NCBI GenBank assembly: GCA_963696385.1
Contig: CAVOKF010000005.1
Span: 352,001 to 416,000, forward strand
DNA length: 64,000 nt
Reading direction: 5' to 3'
From: an uncultured delta proteobacterium
GTDB taxonomy: Bacteria; Myxococcota_A; Polyangia; Polyangiales; Polyangiaceae
The notes beneath the pieces were generated by a model. It made no database searches. It was given only the letters and a program-made list of their open reading frames with translations, and was not told where the DNA came from. The stretch's first letter is position 1. Every line of letters begins with the position of its first letter. A program made the position numbers and the translations under genes. Of the stretch, positions 20,479 to 30,151 are shown piece by piece.

Positions 20479-23127
20479 ATGTCCAAGGCTCGCGATCCGT
20501 TGACGCCTGTCATGCGTCAGTATCAGTCGGCGAAAGCGGTCCATCCGGATGCCCTTCTTTTTTTCCGCATGGGCGACTTCTACGAGTTGTTCTTCGAAGA
20601 TGCGGTGGTCGCCGCGCGCGCTCTCGATCTCACGCTCACCGCGCGCAACAAAGGCGCGTCCGACGAGATCCCGATGGCGGGCGTGCCTCACCACGCGGCG
20701 AGCGGGTACGTAAGGCGACTGCTCGATCAGGGGTTCAAAGTCGCGATATGCGAGCAGATGGCGGACCCCGCCAAGGTCAAAGGCCTCGTCCCGCGCGAAG
20801 TCGTGCGTGTCGCGACGCCTGGAATTGCGTACGACGACACCGGAATCGAGTCTCGCGAGAATCACTATCTGGTGGCGGTCGAGGGGGGGCAGCTTGCAAC
20901 GTTCGGTATCGCTGCGCTCGACGTGTCGACGGGCGAGCTCGTCGCTTGCGAGTCGGAGGACAGCCCCAGCGCTCTCTCTGAGCTCGTGCGTCTCGATCCG
21001 CGCGAAGTCCTTCTGGGGCCCGGCTCCGCGGACCTTGGGGCATCTCTGTCCGCGGCGCTTCCCCGTGCGGTCGTCCGAGTCGAACCCGGGGTTATGACCG
21101 AAGGTCATGCCGACGAGATCCTCGATGATCAGCTGGGCGCCGGCGCGGCCCGGGCATCGAGCGCGGGGGTCTGCGCACGGCGAGCTGCGGCCCGTTGTGT
21201 GGCGACGGCGCGAGCCTGCGAGGCGGGTCGGCGACTGCCCGTCGCGCGACTCGAGTCGTACGTCATCGGAGAAACTCTGCTCATCGACGAAGCGACGCAG
21301 CGCCACCTGGAGCTTGCCCACTCCGTCGAGGGGTCGTCGCGCGGTTCGCTCTTGGCGCACATCGACACCACGGTGACGGCGCCGGGAGCTCGCTTGCTCC
21401 GCCGGCGTCTGCTCGCGCCTCTCGCACGGCTCGCTGCCATCCGGCGCCGTCACGACGCCGTGGAACTGTTCGTGATGCATCCGGGCCTGCGCCAAGAATT
21501 GCGGACCCATCTCGCCGACGTCTCCGACATCGAACGTTTGGCCGTCAAGCTCGCGCTCGACCGAGTGTTGCCGCGCGATCTGGTTGCACTTCGCCGTTCG
21601 CTGGGTGCGCTCCCGAGAATCGCCGACGCGCTCGCTCGCTGCCCCGATGCGTCCGCCCGGGAAGCGTTGGGCGTCGAAGCCGGCGGGGCCTGGATCGACC
21701 TGTGCGCAGAGGCTCTGGCGCTCCTCGACCGTGGCGTTTCGGCCGACCCGCCCGCGCGGGCGAGCGACGGCGGTGTGGTTCGCGATGGCTTCGATGCATC
21801 GCTCGACGAGGCGCGCCAGTTGATGCGTGGGGGGCAACGAATGATTGTCGAGCTCGAGGCGCGCCTTCGCGAGACGTCGGGCATTTCGAGCTTGAAGCTG
21901 CGAACCACTCGAGTGTTCGGGTGGTACGTTGAGGTCACCCGCTCGCAAGTGAACAAGGCGCCCCCGACCTGGCGACGCAAGCAAACGATCGCGGCCGGCG
22001 AGCGCTTCACCTGCGATGACCTGGACGTGCTCGCGGATCAACTCGCCCACGCCGAGGAACGCGCTTCTGCGCGTGAGTCCGAGCTCTTTACGGCCATCGT
22101 TCGCGATCTCGCGGCGTATCGCGAGCGGCTCCGAACCGTCGCGGGTCGACTCGCAGAGTGGGACGTGGCAAGTGCCCTTGCCGAAGTCGCCCATCGCGAC
22201 GATTGGGTTCGCCCCGAGATCGACGACTCGCTCGATCTGTGCCTGGAGGACGCTCGGCACCCGGTCGTGGAGAGCCTAGCCGCCTCGGGATGCTTCGTGC
22301 CGAACGACGTGACGTTGAGTGCGGCCGAAGGGCGGCCGCGGCTCTGGCTGGTCACCGGTCCGAACATGGCCGGCAAGTCGACGCTGATGCGTCAGACGGC
22401 TTTCTGCGTCATTCTGGCCCAGATGGGGGCGTTCGCTCCGGCGCGCCGCGCTCGCATCGGGATCGTCGACCGGGTGCTCACGCGCGTCGGCGCGAGCGAC
22501 AACCTGTCGCGTGGGGAGAGCACGTTCATGGTGGAGATGAAGGAAACGGCGAACGTGTTGCGGCGCGCCACGAGACGCTCGTTCGTCGTGCTCGACGAGA
22601 TTGGTCGAGGCACGAGCACGTACGACGGTCTGGCGATCGCGTGGGCTGTTGCCGAGCACATGCATGACGTCGTCGCGTGCCGCGCCTTGTTCGCGACGCA
22701 CTACCACGAGCTGACCGGTTTGGCCGATCTGCGTCCCGGCACCTGCGAAAATTGGAGCGTGAGCGCCCGCGAGCACGCCGGTGACGTCGTTTTCTTGCAC
22801 AAGCTGCAGCGGGGGCCAGCTTCCCGAAGCTATGGCGTTGAGTGTGCGCGTCTCGCCGGGCTGCCCGAAGGGGTACTTGCGCGAGCGAAAACCGTATTGG
22901 CCGAGCTCGAGACGGGCGGGGCACTTCCGAGCGGTGCGCCGGCATCCTTGCGTGCGCGGTCTCGCGACGGTAGACCGCAACTCGACCTCTTCGACGGATC
23001 GGTGCCTCAGCCTACGCCGCCACACCCCGCGCTCGAAACCCTGCGCAACGTGGACGTCGATCGGTTGACCCCTCTCGACGCGCTGCAGCTGGTCGCAAGC
23101 CTCAAGCGCATGACCATCGCGTCGTGA
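20479..23127 (+). CDS. mutS: DNA mismatch repair protein MutS
   Basis: TPVMRQY, FRMGDFYELF, TGPNMAGKST, GESTFMVEM, LDEIGRGTSTYDG, FATHYHEL, C-terminal QLDLF clamp motif. Confidence 0.97.
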   Translation: MSKARDPLTPVMRQYQSAKAVHPDALLFFRMGDFYELFFEDAVVAARALDLTLTARNKGASDEIPMAGVPHHAASGYVRRLLDQGFKVAICEQMADPAKVKGLVPREVVRVATPGIAYDDTGIESRENHYLVAVEGGQLATFGIAALDVSTGELVACESEDSPSALSELVRLDPREVLLGPGSADLGASLSAALPRAVVRVEPGVMTEGHADEILDDQLGAGAARASSAGVCARRAAARCVATARACEAGRRLPVARLESYVIGETLLIDEATQRHLELAHSVEGSSRGSLLAHIDTTVTAPGARLLRRRLLAPLARLAAIRRRHDAVELFVMHPGLRQELRTHLADVSDIERLAVKLALDRVLPRDLVALRRSLGALPRIADALARCPDASAREALGVEAGGAWIDLCAEALALLDRGVSADPPARASDGGVVRDGFDASLDEARQLMRGGQRMIVELEARLRETSGISSLKLRTTRVFGWYVEVTRSQVNKAPPTWRRKQTIAAGERFTCDDLDVLADQLAHAEERASARESELFTAIVRDLAAYRERLRTVAGRLAEWDVASALAEVAHRDDWVRPEIDDSLDLCLEDARHPVVESLAASGCFVPNDVTLSAAEGRPRLWLVTGPNMAGKSTLMRQTAFCVILAQMGAFAPARRARIGIVDRVLTRVGASDNLSRGESTFMVEMKETANVLRRATRRSFVVLDEIGRGTSTYDGLAIAWAVAEHMHDVVACRALFATHYHELTGLADLRPGTCENWSVSAREHAGDVVFLHKLQRGPASRSYGVECARLAGLPEGVLARAKTVLAELETGGALPSGAPASLRARSRDGRPQLDLFDGSVPQPTPPHPALETLRNVDVDRLTPLDALQLVASLKRMTIAS

Positions 23128-24053
23128 GTCCAACCCGCACGGGTCTGCTGCCGTACGCCGCCGTCGCGTTTGCCGCAGGCTCGTGGGGTACCTGGGCGGT
23201 CTGGTTACGGCGAGCCGAAGCCATCGGTGCGATGCCTGCCGCATTGGAAGCCACCATCGTCATGGCCGTCATCACGGCGGGGTCGGCTCTTTCGATGCTC
23301 GGCGATCGCAAGACAAGGCCCGCGTCGAAGAGCGCCCGTGCCTGGGTGGCATGGCTCGGCGTCAGCGACGCGTTCAACGTCCTGCTCTTCTTCGCGGCGT
23401 ACAAGATCACCATTACCGTTTCGGTTCTCACGCACTACCTGACCCCCGTTCTGGTCGCCATCGCGTCGCCGCTCTTGCTCCGAGAGCGGATCACCCGCCG
23501 AACGGCCTGTGCCGTCGCGGCATCGCTGGTGGGCCTCGCCGTCATGCTCGGCCGCCCGGACGGGGACGTCGCACCGGCCGCTTTGTGGACGAGCGCGGCG
23601 CTCGGAGCGACGAGCGCGATGTTCTATGCGTCCAACGTCATCGTGAACAAGTTCGTCGTCGATGATTTCTCGACCAGCGAGACCATGTTTTGGCACGGCA
23701 TCGTCGCGACCCCACTTCTGGCCGCGTTCGTACCCTCGGCCGCTTGGAGCGCGATGAACCCGTCGGCCGCTTGGTTTCTATCCTGCATCGCAGTCTGGCC
23801 AGGCCTGCTCTCCGCGTTGGTGTTCCTCTGGGCGCTTCGGCGCATGCCCGCGACTCACGCTTCGACGCTGACCCTCCTCGAGCCGCTCGTGGCCGTGCTC
23901 TTGGGAGGTTTTGTGTTCGGTGAGAAGCTGGGAGTCCGTGCCTTGGTGGGCGCCGCGCTCATCCTGGGAGGGTCGCTTGCCGTGATGACGCAGGGCGCCA
24001 CCGGATTCGCGCGGAAAGGGCTGCAAGGAGCCCACGTAGGTCTGGAACCGTGA
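23124..24053 (+). CDS. EamA/DMT family transporter
   Basis: About 10 hydrophobic helices, two EamA repeats (LLLRERI, LEPLVAVLLGGFVFGEKL). GTGA overlap with mutS. Confidence 0.85.
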   Translation: MSPTRTGLLPYAAVAFAAGSWGTWAVWLRRAEAIGAMPAALEATIVMAVITAGSALSMLGDRKTRPASKSARAWVAWLGVSDAFNVLLFFAAYKITITVSVLTHYLTPVLVAIASPLLLRERITRRTACAVAASLVGLAVMLGRPDGDVAPAALWTSAALGATSAMFYASNVIVNKFVVDDFSTSETMFWHGIVATPLLAAFVPSAAWSAMNPSAAWFLSCIAVWPGLLSALVFLWALRRMPATHASTLTLLEPLVAVLLGGFVFGEKLGVRALVGAALILGGSLAVMTQGATGFARKGLQGAHVGLEP

Positions 24054-24133
24054 TCGAGGCGAGCGGAGAAATATCTGCGTCGGTAGCCGCGGCTTCCGCA
24101 TACTCCAAAGCTCCCAACCAGGCATCACGGCAA

Positions 24134-24853
24134 TTACTCCTCCACGGTGAACGGATTGAAATTCGTCCCTCGATCGAAATAGTCCTCGTGCTCCGAACGC
24201 TTGAGACGGTTTACGACCCAGTAGGTCACGGGTGTGAGCGCGATTTCGACGAACACCTTGAATAGCCAGTTGTGAATGACGATTTGAACGATCGTGGTGC
24301 TCTTCCAGATGCCGAAGAACGAGAGCGGGTAGAATATCGCCGAGTCGACGAGCTGTCCCGCGACCGTCGATCCGATCGTCCGCGTCCAGAGATAGCGGCC
24401 TCCGGTCATCAGCTTCATCTCGGCCAGGACGAAGGAGTTCACGAAGTCGCCGGCCCAGTACGCAGCGAGCGATGCTACGGTGATCCGCCACGTGTTGCCG
24501 AAGACTACTTCGATTGCCGGTTGCAACACGCGATTGAATGGCTCGTTCGGGTCAACCGGCAGATGAATGACGACGGCGCTCATCGAGGCAGCGAAAGTCA
24601 TCGTGCCGAAGCCGACCCAGATGGCCTTTCGGGCTCGCGCGTACCCGTAGACCTCCGTGAAGACGTCGCCGAAAATATACGAGATAGGAAAGAATATGTT
24701 GCCGGCGCCGAAGCTGATGCCGCCGATGCCTGGCGCGTGAAGCACCACGGTCTTGCCCGGGCCGATCAGGTTCGAGCAAAGCAGAACCGCGACCGAGGCG
24801 CTCAGAAGGACGTCGTAAAACTTGTAGCTGCGCGCGGCTCGGTGAACGGTCAT
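24134..24853 (-). CDS. yhhQ: Queuosine precursor transporter (YhhQ/VUT family)
   Basis: FPISYIFGDVFTEVYG, RITVASLAAYWAG, LWTRTIGSTVAGQLVDS, D..TNFNPF. Confidence 0.88.
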   Translation of the reverse strand: MTVHRAARSYKFYDVLLSASVAVLLCSNLIGPGKTVVLHAPGIGGISFGAGNIFFPISYIFGDVFTEVYGYARARKAIWVGFGTMTFAASMSAVVIHLPVDPNEPFNRVLQPAIEVVFGNTWRITVASLAAYWAGDFVNSFVLAEMKLMTGGRYLWTRTIGSTVAGQLVDSAIFYPLSFFGIWKSTTIVQIVIHNWLFKVFVEIALTPVTYWVVNRLKRSEHEDYFDRGTNFNPFTVEE

Positions 24854-25340
24854 CGGCGGGATGCGGAAAAAGTAGACAGATCGAGCTTGCCATGGGCGGC
24901 GTCCGAGCGGCACCCTAAAGGAGACGCGCCGTTGCGCGTCTGCGAAGCGAAGCGAGGACGGGGCGCCCGTCCACGGCTTGCGTAGCCTTCTCGCCGATCT
25001 CGCCCCGATCACTCGAAGCATGCTTGCGCCCGAAAAGCGGGCACCTTAGTCAGGTCGAGAACCGGCAGCGCGCTTGCCGGTTCAGCCGACGCCCCCTCGT
25101 TTGGCGAACGCTTCTCGATGCGGTCGCCGACCTCGGCCTCAAGCTCTGGCGCTCGCGATACCTTCGGTTGGAGGCGCGCCCTTCGCGCTACGGTGGCTCG
25201 ATGCGTCTGACGGACTCGATCGGCTATGGTATGCACGTTGGGGTCCATGGGCGAAGACCGAGCAAGGGACCGCTTCGCGCTTCACCAGGGGTGCTTCGCC
25301 GACGCCTCGCGAGCGCTCGCGTTAGCCTGATTCGACGTCG

Positions 25341-27266
25341 ATGCGACGGCCGCGACTTCCGCGCACTCTGATGGGTTGGGTCGACCTCTCGTCGACGTTC
25401 GTCGCGTGGGCGGCGATGCTGGCGATGACGGTCTACGTCGTTTTGCCGACATGGGCCAACCGACAGCTGCTCGGCATTCACGATTGGGATCCGCAAGAGG
25501 CCATGCGGTTCCTGACCACGAAGACGATCCTGCATTTCCATCAATTTCCATTTTGGAATCCCTACACGTGCGGCGGGCATCCAGCGTGGGCCGTTGTCGA
25601 GGGCGACACGACGCTCGTATCTCCGTTTCTGCCCGCTTACCTGCTTTTTCCACTGGGGGTTGCGCTGCGGATCGAGCTCGTCGGAAACTCCTTGTTGTCC
25701 GTCGTCGGCACTTGGCTTTTCGCAGGTCGATGGACGCGGAGCCCTGCAGCCCGGGCCTTCGTCGTAGTTGTCTTTGCCATCAATGGGCGCTGGACGCTCC
25801 AAGCGACGGCCGGACATCCTTGGCATTATGCGTATGCGCTCATGCCATGGACTCTTTATTTCTTCGACAGGGCGATCGAGCAAACACTGGATTCGAAGCG
25901 CGCTTTGCCGGACACCATATTCGCCGGCGCGTGCCTGAGCCTGATGGTCTACATGGGCGGGATCTATCCGCTGCCGCAGACCGTCTTCGTCCTCGCTCTT
26001 TATGGAGCACTCTACGGCGTCACGCGACGCGACCTGCGCCCGCTCCTCTGCGTCGTCGCCACGGGAATGGCGGCTTTCGTTCTCTCGGCCCCCAAGCTCG
26101 TGCCCATGATCGAGCTCTTCGCCCGATTCCCACGCCTGACGGACTCGCCAGAGTGGATGGACCTCACGGTCTTCCTCGCCATTTTGACGTCGCGCGATCA
26201 GGACTTTATTTCGCGGCCCGTGGCCACGACGCATTGGGGTTGGCACGAATGGGGCATGTACGTCGGATACGTCCCCGTCGCCCTCATGGCCGTGAGCCTG
26301 CTTTGGGGCCGGGGGCAGCGCCTCGGCGCGCTTCGGTGGACAGCCATCATTTTGATCGTCCTTGGGTTTGGGAGTTTCAACCCGTATGCACCTTGGTCGC
26401 TATTGCACAAAGTGACCGTTTTCCGTTCGCAGCACGTCCCGTCGCGTTGGCTCTACCCCGCACTGCTCGCATCGCTGGCGGTGGCCGCGCTCGTGATCGA
26501 GCGCGCGATGGTCCTTGCTCGTGGATACCGACCTCTTGTCGAATTAGCGGCCATTGTCGCAGTTTTACCTATCGCACGCGATGTCGCGGACGTGGCGCGC
26601 ATTCCGCTCGCGCACATTTTCAGCAAGCCTCCCCCGACGGCTCTCGACTCCATGCAGCCGTTTCATCAGGGATTTCACCTGCCGCCCGCAATCGGATATC
26701 CGACCGGTGGCGAATGGGCCCCGAGCTCGCTTCCCGCGGTCATCGCCAATGTCGGGACGACGGATTGCAGCACGTTTGCCGGATTTCACAATTGGTACAG
26801 AGACCAAAACAATCATGTCGTGGGGCTCGGCGCTCGTGGCCCGGGCGAGCCGGGATATCGAGGCGACGCGTTCATCGTCGAGGGGGTCGGGCATGCCGAG
26901 TTTGCTCGTTGGTCGCCAAACGAAGTGGTCGTTCGGGTTACCGGCGCCCGAAAGGGAGATCACGTGGCACTCGACCAAAACTACGATCCGGGGTGGCTGG
27001 TGAACGGAAGGCCTGCGCTGGCGGTGAGCGACGTCCCGGCTGCCACTCTACAGTCCTCCGACGAGACGGTCGTCTTCCGGTACCGGCCCAAAACGCTCTG
27101 GCTGGGGCTGGCGATCTTCGTCCTCGGCCTTCCGCTCCTGGTCGGAGCAGCCCGGCCCGACGCGGCGCGTTGGGTCGTCAGGCGAACACTTCGCGCGCGA
27201 TTCCCAGAACGGCCTGCTCGACGGCTGCGTCCGACGTCAGGCGCACCGAAAAGCCCAGAGCGCTGA
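25341..27266 (+). CDS. Polytopic GT-C-type (YfhO-like) membrane glycosyltransferase, putative
   Basis: DW...FPFWNPYTCGGHP periplasmic motif, many TMs, C-terminal DQNYDPGW and FRYRP followed by a TM, as in YfhO-like proteins. Confidence 0.7.
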   Translation: MRRPRLPRTLMGWVDLSSTFVAWAAMLAMTVYVVLPTWANRQLLGIHDWDPQEAMRFLTTKTILHFHQFPFWNPYTCGGHPAWAVVEGDTTLVSPFLPAYLLFPLGVALRIELVGNSLLSVVGTWLFAGRWTRSPAARAFVVVVFAINGRWTLQATAGHPWHYAYALMPWTLYFFDRAIEQTLDSKRALPDTIFAGACLSLMVYMGGIYPLPQTVFVLALYGALYGVTRRDLRPLLCVVATGMAAFVLSAPKLVPMIELFARFPRLTDSPEWMDLTVFLAILTSRDQDFISRPVATTHWGWHEWGMYVGYVPVALMAVSLLWGRGQRLGALRWTAIILIVLGFGSFNPYAPWSLLHKVTVFRSQHVPSRWLYPALLASLAVAALVIERAMVLARGYRPLVELAAIVAVLPIARDVADVARIPLAHIFSKPPPTALDSMQPFHQGFHLPPAIGYPTGGEWAPSSLPAVIANVGTTDCSTFAGFHNWYRDQNNHVVGLGARGPGEPGYRGDAFIVEGVGHAEFARWSPNEVVVRVTGARKGDHVALDQNYDPGWLVNGRPALAVSDVPAATLQSSDETVVFRYRPKTLWLGLAIFVLGLPLLVGAARPDAARWVVRRTLRARFPERPARRLRPTSGAPKSPER

Positions 27267-27320
27267 GCTTGTCCGGCGTGATTCGCGAATGCGGAAACGT
27301 CACCCGGCCATCCCTGCGCA
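27082..27320 (+). repeat. Direct repeat A, copy 1 (pairs with 28437..28674)
   Basis: ~238 bp, 5 substitutions and 1 indel relative to copy 2. Contains the 3' ends of the YfhO-like and epimerase genes. Confidence 0.95.
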
Positions 27321-27400
27321 GCTCGGCCTGTACGCGTGGGCTGCCATAGCGCCCCTTACTGGCGGCGTGGGCGGCTCGAACCTTTGCGCCAAGACCGAGA
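27313..27400 (-). mobile_element. IS3-family transposase fragment
   Basis: Minus-strand translation LGAKVRAAHAASKGRYGSPRVQAELR matches the IS3 OrfB YGSPR..AELR helix-turn-helix segment. Confidence 0.65.
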
Positions 27401-27644
27401 CGCGCTCCCGCTTCACGAGCTGCGTCAGCGCCGCCCGCTCGTCCACCGTCAGATTCACCACGTAGCGTTTTCATGGCCCACCATGGAGCCCGCCCTCGTC
27501 GCCATGGAAAGCAAAACCCGTCGCCTCAATGGATTCGAGGTACTAGAGCCGGTCGCCTAGGCTCCGCTGCAGCTCGGAGCGCGTGAACCAGTCGGTCGCT
27601 CAGGCGCTCTACCTGGAGGACTCGGGCCGCGCTACACGTCATCG

Positions 27645-28436
27645 ATGGTCAGTGCACTCGACGTTCTTCTTCGCGTTCCAGCGGTTCAGTACGCTGCGCG
27701 AGGCACCGTCGACTGGGTCGATCTCCAATGGTCAAGTCTTATTCAACAGCTCAAGTCGATCGCTCCCCGCGCCCGGGGGCGACTCCTCGACGTGGGCTGC
27801 GGTGAGAAGCCGTATGAGCCCATTTTTCGACCCTATGTGAAGGAATATATCGGCGTCGAACATCAAGAGACGTTCAGCGCTACCCACGCTTCCACCAGGT
27901 CGTCGAAGCCGGACGTCTATTACGACGGCAAGGTCCTGCCGTTCGAATCGCAGACGTTCGATACCGTCATCAGCGTTCAAGTCCTAGAGCACACGCCCTA
28001 CCCGCAAAATCTCGTCAACGAAATGACGAGAGTTGTCAAGAGCGGGGGGCTCGTCATCGTGTCGGCGCCCTTCTCCTTCCGGCTTCACGAGGAGCCGCAC
28101 GATTACTTCCGATATACTCCTCACGGCTTGCGCACGATGTTCGAATTGGCTGGCCTCGTCGTCGAGGACATTTGGAGCGAACGTGACTTGTGGAGCGTCA
28201 TCGGCCACAAAATCAATTCGTTTCTCGCGTTTCGTGTGGCGCGAATCGAGTCGGTCGCTCAGTCGATCGGCAAACACGGACACGAGCAGGCTCCTTCGTC
28301 GCCACCGCGACTTTGGACGCTCCCCTTCGTTCTCCCGACGATGGGTGCCATCAGTGCGGCATCGCGCGTTCTCGATCGGATCGCACCGGACGGGAGCGAA
28401 GCACTGAGTTATTTGATCTTCGGCCATTCGCCGTAG
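27645..28436 (+). CDS. Class I SAM-dependent methyltransferase
   Basis: LLDVGCG, LPFESQTFD, QVLEH, HEEPHDYFRYT, typical of glycan-locus methyltransferases. Confidence 0.88.
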   Translation: MVSALDVLLRVPAVQYAARGTVDWVDLQWSSLIQQLKSIAPRARGRLLDVGCGEKPYEPIFRPYVKEYIGVEHQETFSATHASTRSSKPDVYYDGKVLPFESQTFDTVISVQVLEHTPYPQNLVNEMTRVVKSGGLVIVSAPFSFRLHEEPHDYFRYTPHGLRTMFELAGLVVEDIWSERDLWSVIGHKINSFLAFRVARIESVAQSIGKHGHEQAPSSPPRLWTLPFVLPTMGAISAASRVLDRIAPDGSEALSYLIFGHSP

Positions 28437-28674
28437 ACCGGCCCAAAACGCTCTGGCTGGGGCTGGCGATCTTCGTCCTCGGCCTTCCGCTCCTGGTCGG
28501 AGCAGCCCGGCCCGACGCGGCGCGTTGGGTCGTCAGGCGAACACTTCGCGCGCGATTTCCAAAACCGCCTGCTCGACGGCCGCGTCCGAGGTCAGGCGCA
28601 CCGAAAAGCCCAGAGCGCTGAGCTTGTCCGGCGTGATTCGCGAATGCGGAACGTCACCCGGCCATCCCTGCGCA
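28437..28674 (+). repeat. Direct repeat A, copy 2
   Basis: Starts on the first base after the methyltransferase TAG. Near-identical to 27082..27320. Confidence 0.95.
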
Positions 28675-29471
28675 CCGTCGCCGTACTGGATTCGAGCCGT
28701 CTTGAACGGAGACGCCGCGACACAAAGTTCGGCGATGCGCTTGACGCTCGTCACGTCGGCTGGCCCGAGGTTGTAGACGTTCAACCGATCGGGAGCATGA
28801 TCGAGTACGTGGATGAGACCGGTAGCGCAGTCGGTGACGTGCAGATACGGCTTGGCCTGCCGTCCATCGCCGAGAACGTCGAGGTATTCCGGGTGCGCAA
28901 GGAGCTTCTTGCAGAAATCGAGGATGGCTCCGTGCGTTCCGCGCGCACCCACGACGTTTCCAAAGCGGCAGATGTAGCCGGTCATTCCGAAGCACTCGAC
29001 GTACGCAGAGACCAGCGCCTCGCCCGCGAATTTGCTTGCGCCGTACAAGGAAATGGGCAAACGCCCCAAGTCCTCTTCGGCGCAGGCGTCGGGGCGATTG
29101 CCGTACACGGTGCCGCTCGAAGAAAACACAAACCGGCGAATCCCCGAAAGGCGCGCGGCTTCGAGAGCATTGTACGTCGCGATCGTGCCCTGATCCAGAT
29201 CCAACCGCGTCCGCTCGAGGCCCCAGCGTGCTTCGGGATTGGCGGCGAGGTGAAAAACGACGTCGTGCGAGCGCATGGCGCTCGTGAGCGCGTCCAGGCT
29301 GAGCGCGTCTCCCTGGACGAGCGTGGCCCGTCCGCTCGCCAAGGGCTCCGCGATGAATTCTCGTTTGCCGACGCTCAGGTTGTCGAACACGGTGACAGGA
29401 CCGCGCAGCACGAGACCTTCCACTAGGTGGCTGCCGATGAAGCCTGCCCCGCCGACCACGAACGAACGCAT
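28533..29471 (-). CDS. NAD-dependent epimerase/dehydratase (UDP-glucose 4-epimerase-like)
   Basis: GGAGFIGSHL, FHLAA, SSGTVYG, YGASK, RFGNVVG, GWPGDV. Confidence 0.92.
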   Translation of the reverse strand: MRSFVVGGAGFIGSHLVEGLVLRGPVTVFDNLSVGKREFIAEPLASGRATLVQGDALSLDALTSAMRSHDVVFHLAANPEARWGLERTRLDLDQGTIATYNALEAARLSGIRRFVFSSSGTVYGNRPDACAEEDLGRLPISLYGASKFAGEALVSAYVECFGMTGYICRFGNVVGARGTHGAILDFCKKLLAHPEYLDVLGDGRQAKPYLHVTDCATGLIHVLDHAPDRLNVYNLGPADVTSVKRIAELCVAASPFKTARIQYGDGAQGWPGDVPHSRITPDKLSALGFSVRLTSDAAVEQAVLEIAREVFA

Positions 29472-29574
29472 CACTTCGCCTCCTGCCTATCGCAAAAACT
29501 TCCAATTCGCTGAGCTCCAAGGAGCGTTTGGACGCGAACTGCGCTCGCGCACGAAACGGGCCCGCTCGTGATTG
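29408..29574 (-). repeat. Direct repeat B, copy 1 (pairs with 33141..33301): epimerase 5' end plus discoidin-gene 3' stub
   Basis: gcacgagac...aacgaacgcatcacttcgcc...aaacttccaattcgctgagc...gtgattg occurs at both loci with scattered differences. Confidence 0.9.
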
Positions 29575-30151
29575 TAGCCGACGCGAATGTCCCTGAAAGA
29601 CAGGGCATCACTCTCCGGCCATGAAACGACCTGTCAAGTTCCCTTTGACGTTTCGGTGCATATTCTCCTTCTGGCTCCCTTGGGTAGTCCAGACCAAGCA
29701 GCGATCCGGGTGAACGTTGCGTCGACGGTCGGTCATCCTGCGGTTCGGGGATCGAGCGTTGCCGTCCGCCAACATGGTCGGTGATTGGTCGGGTGCCCCT
29801 CGCACGGGTGCGGTTCATGGTGACGGGGGCCTCGTGGGCCATGGCTTCGGTTGGTGCCGAGGGCGCATAGCCTCCGTCTGGGGCCTGCTCCTTGCGAGTG
29901 GCCAGGCTGGCGATGATTGCTGTCCCTCGAGACTGCGGCGCGACCCTATGCACGGGCGGGCTCTCGGCAGGGCCCGGTCTTGTACCCCCCCCGGGCCACT
30001 GCGACTGCGGAGTGCGTTTCGCTTTGCTCGGCTCGCAATCCTCCTCGTGACGGTGCCTGCCGTTCTCTCGATCGGGTCTTTCTCAAACGCCGGCCGGGCT
30101 CTCCTTCGCCTTTCCTTCGGGCGTCCAATCTGTCACCATGGCCGCGGGCAG

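Noticed and set aside
24854..25340. preQ1 riboswitch upstream of yhhQ, or an N-terminal extension of the YfhO-like gene
   Set aside because: No preQ1-like stem with an A-rich tail seen, and no convincing continuous frame
27082..28674. Repeat A as a DGR template/variable pair or a transposon target-site duplication
   Set aside because: Differences are not adenine-specific, no reverse transcriptase is in the window, and 238 bp is far longer than an IS target duplication
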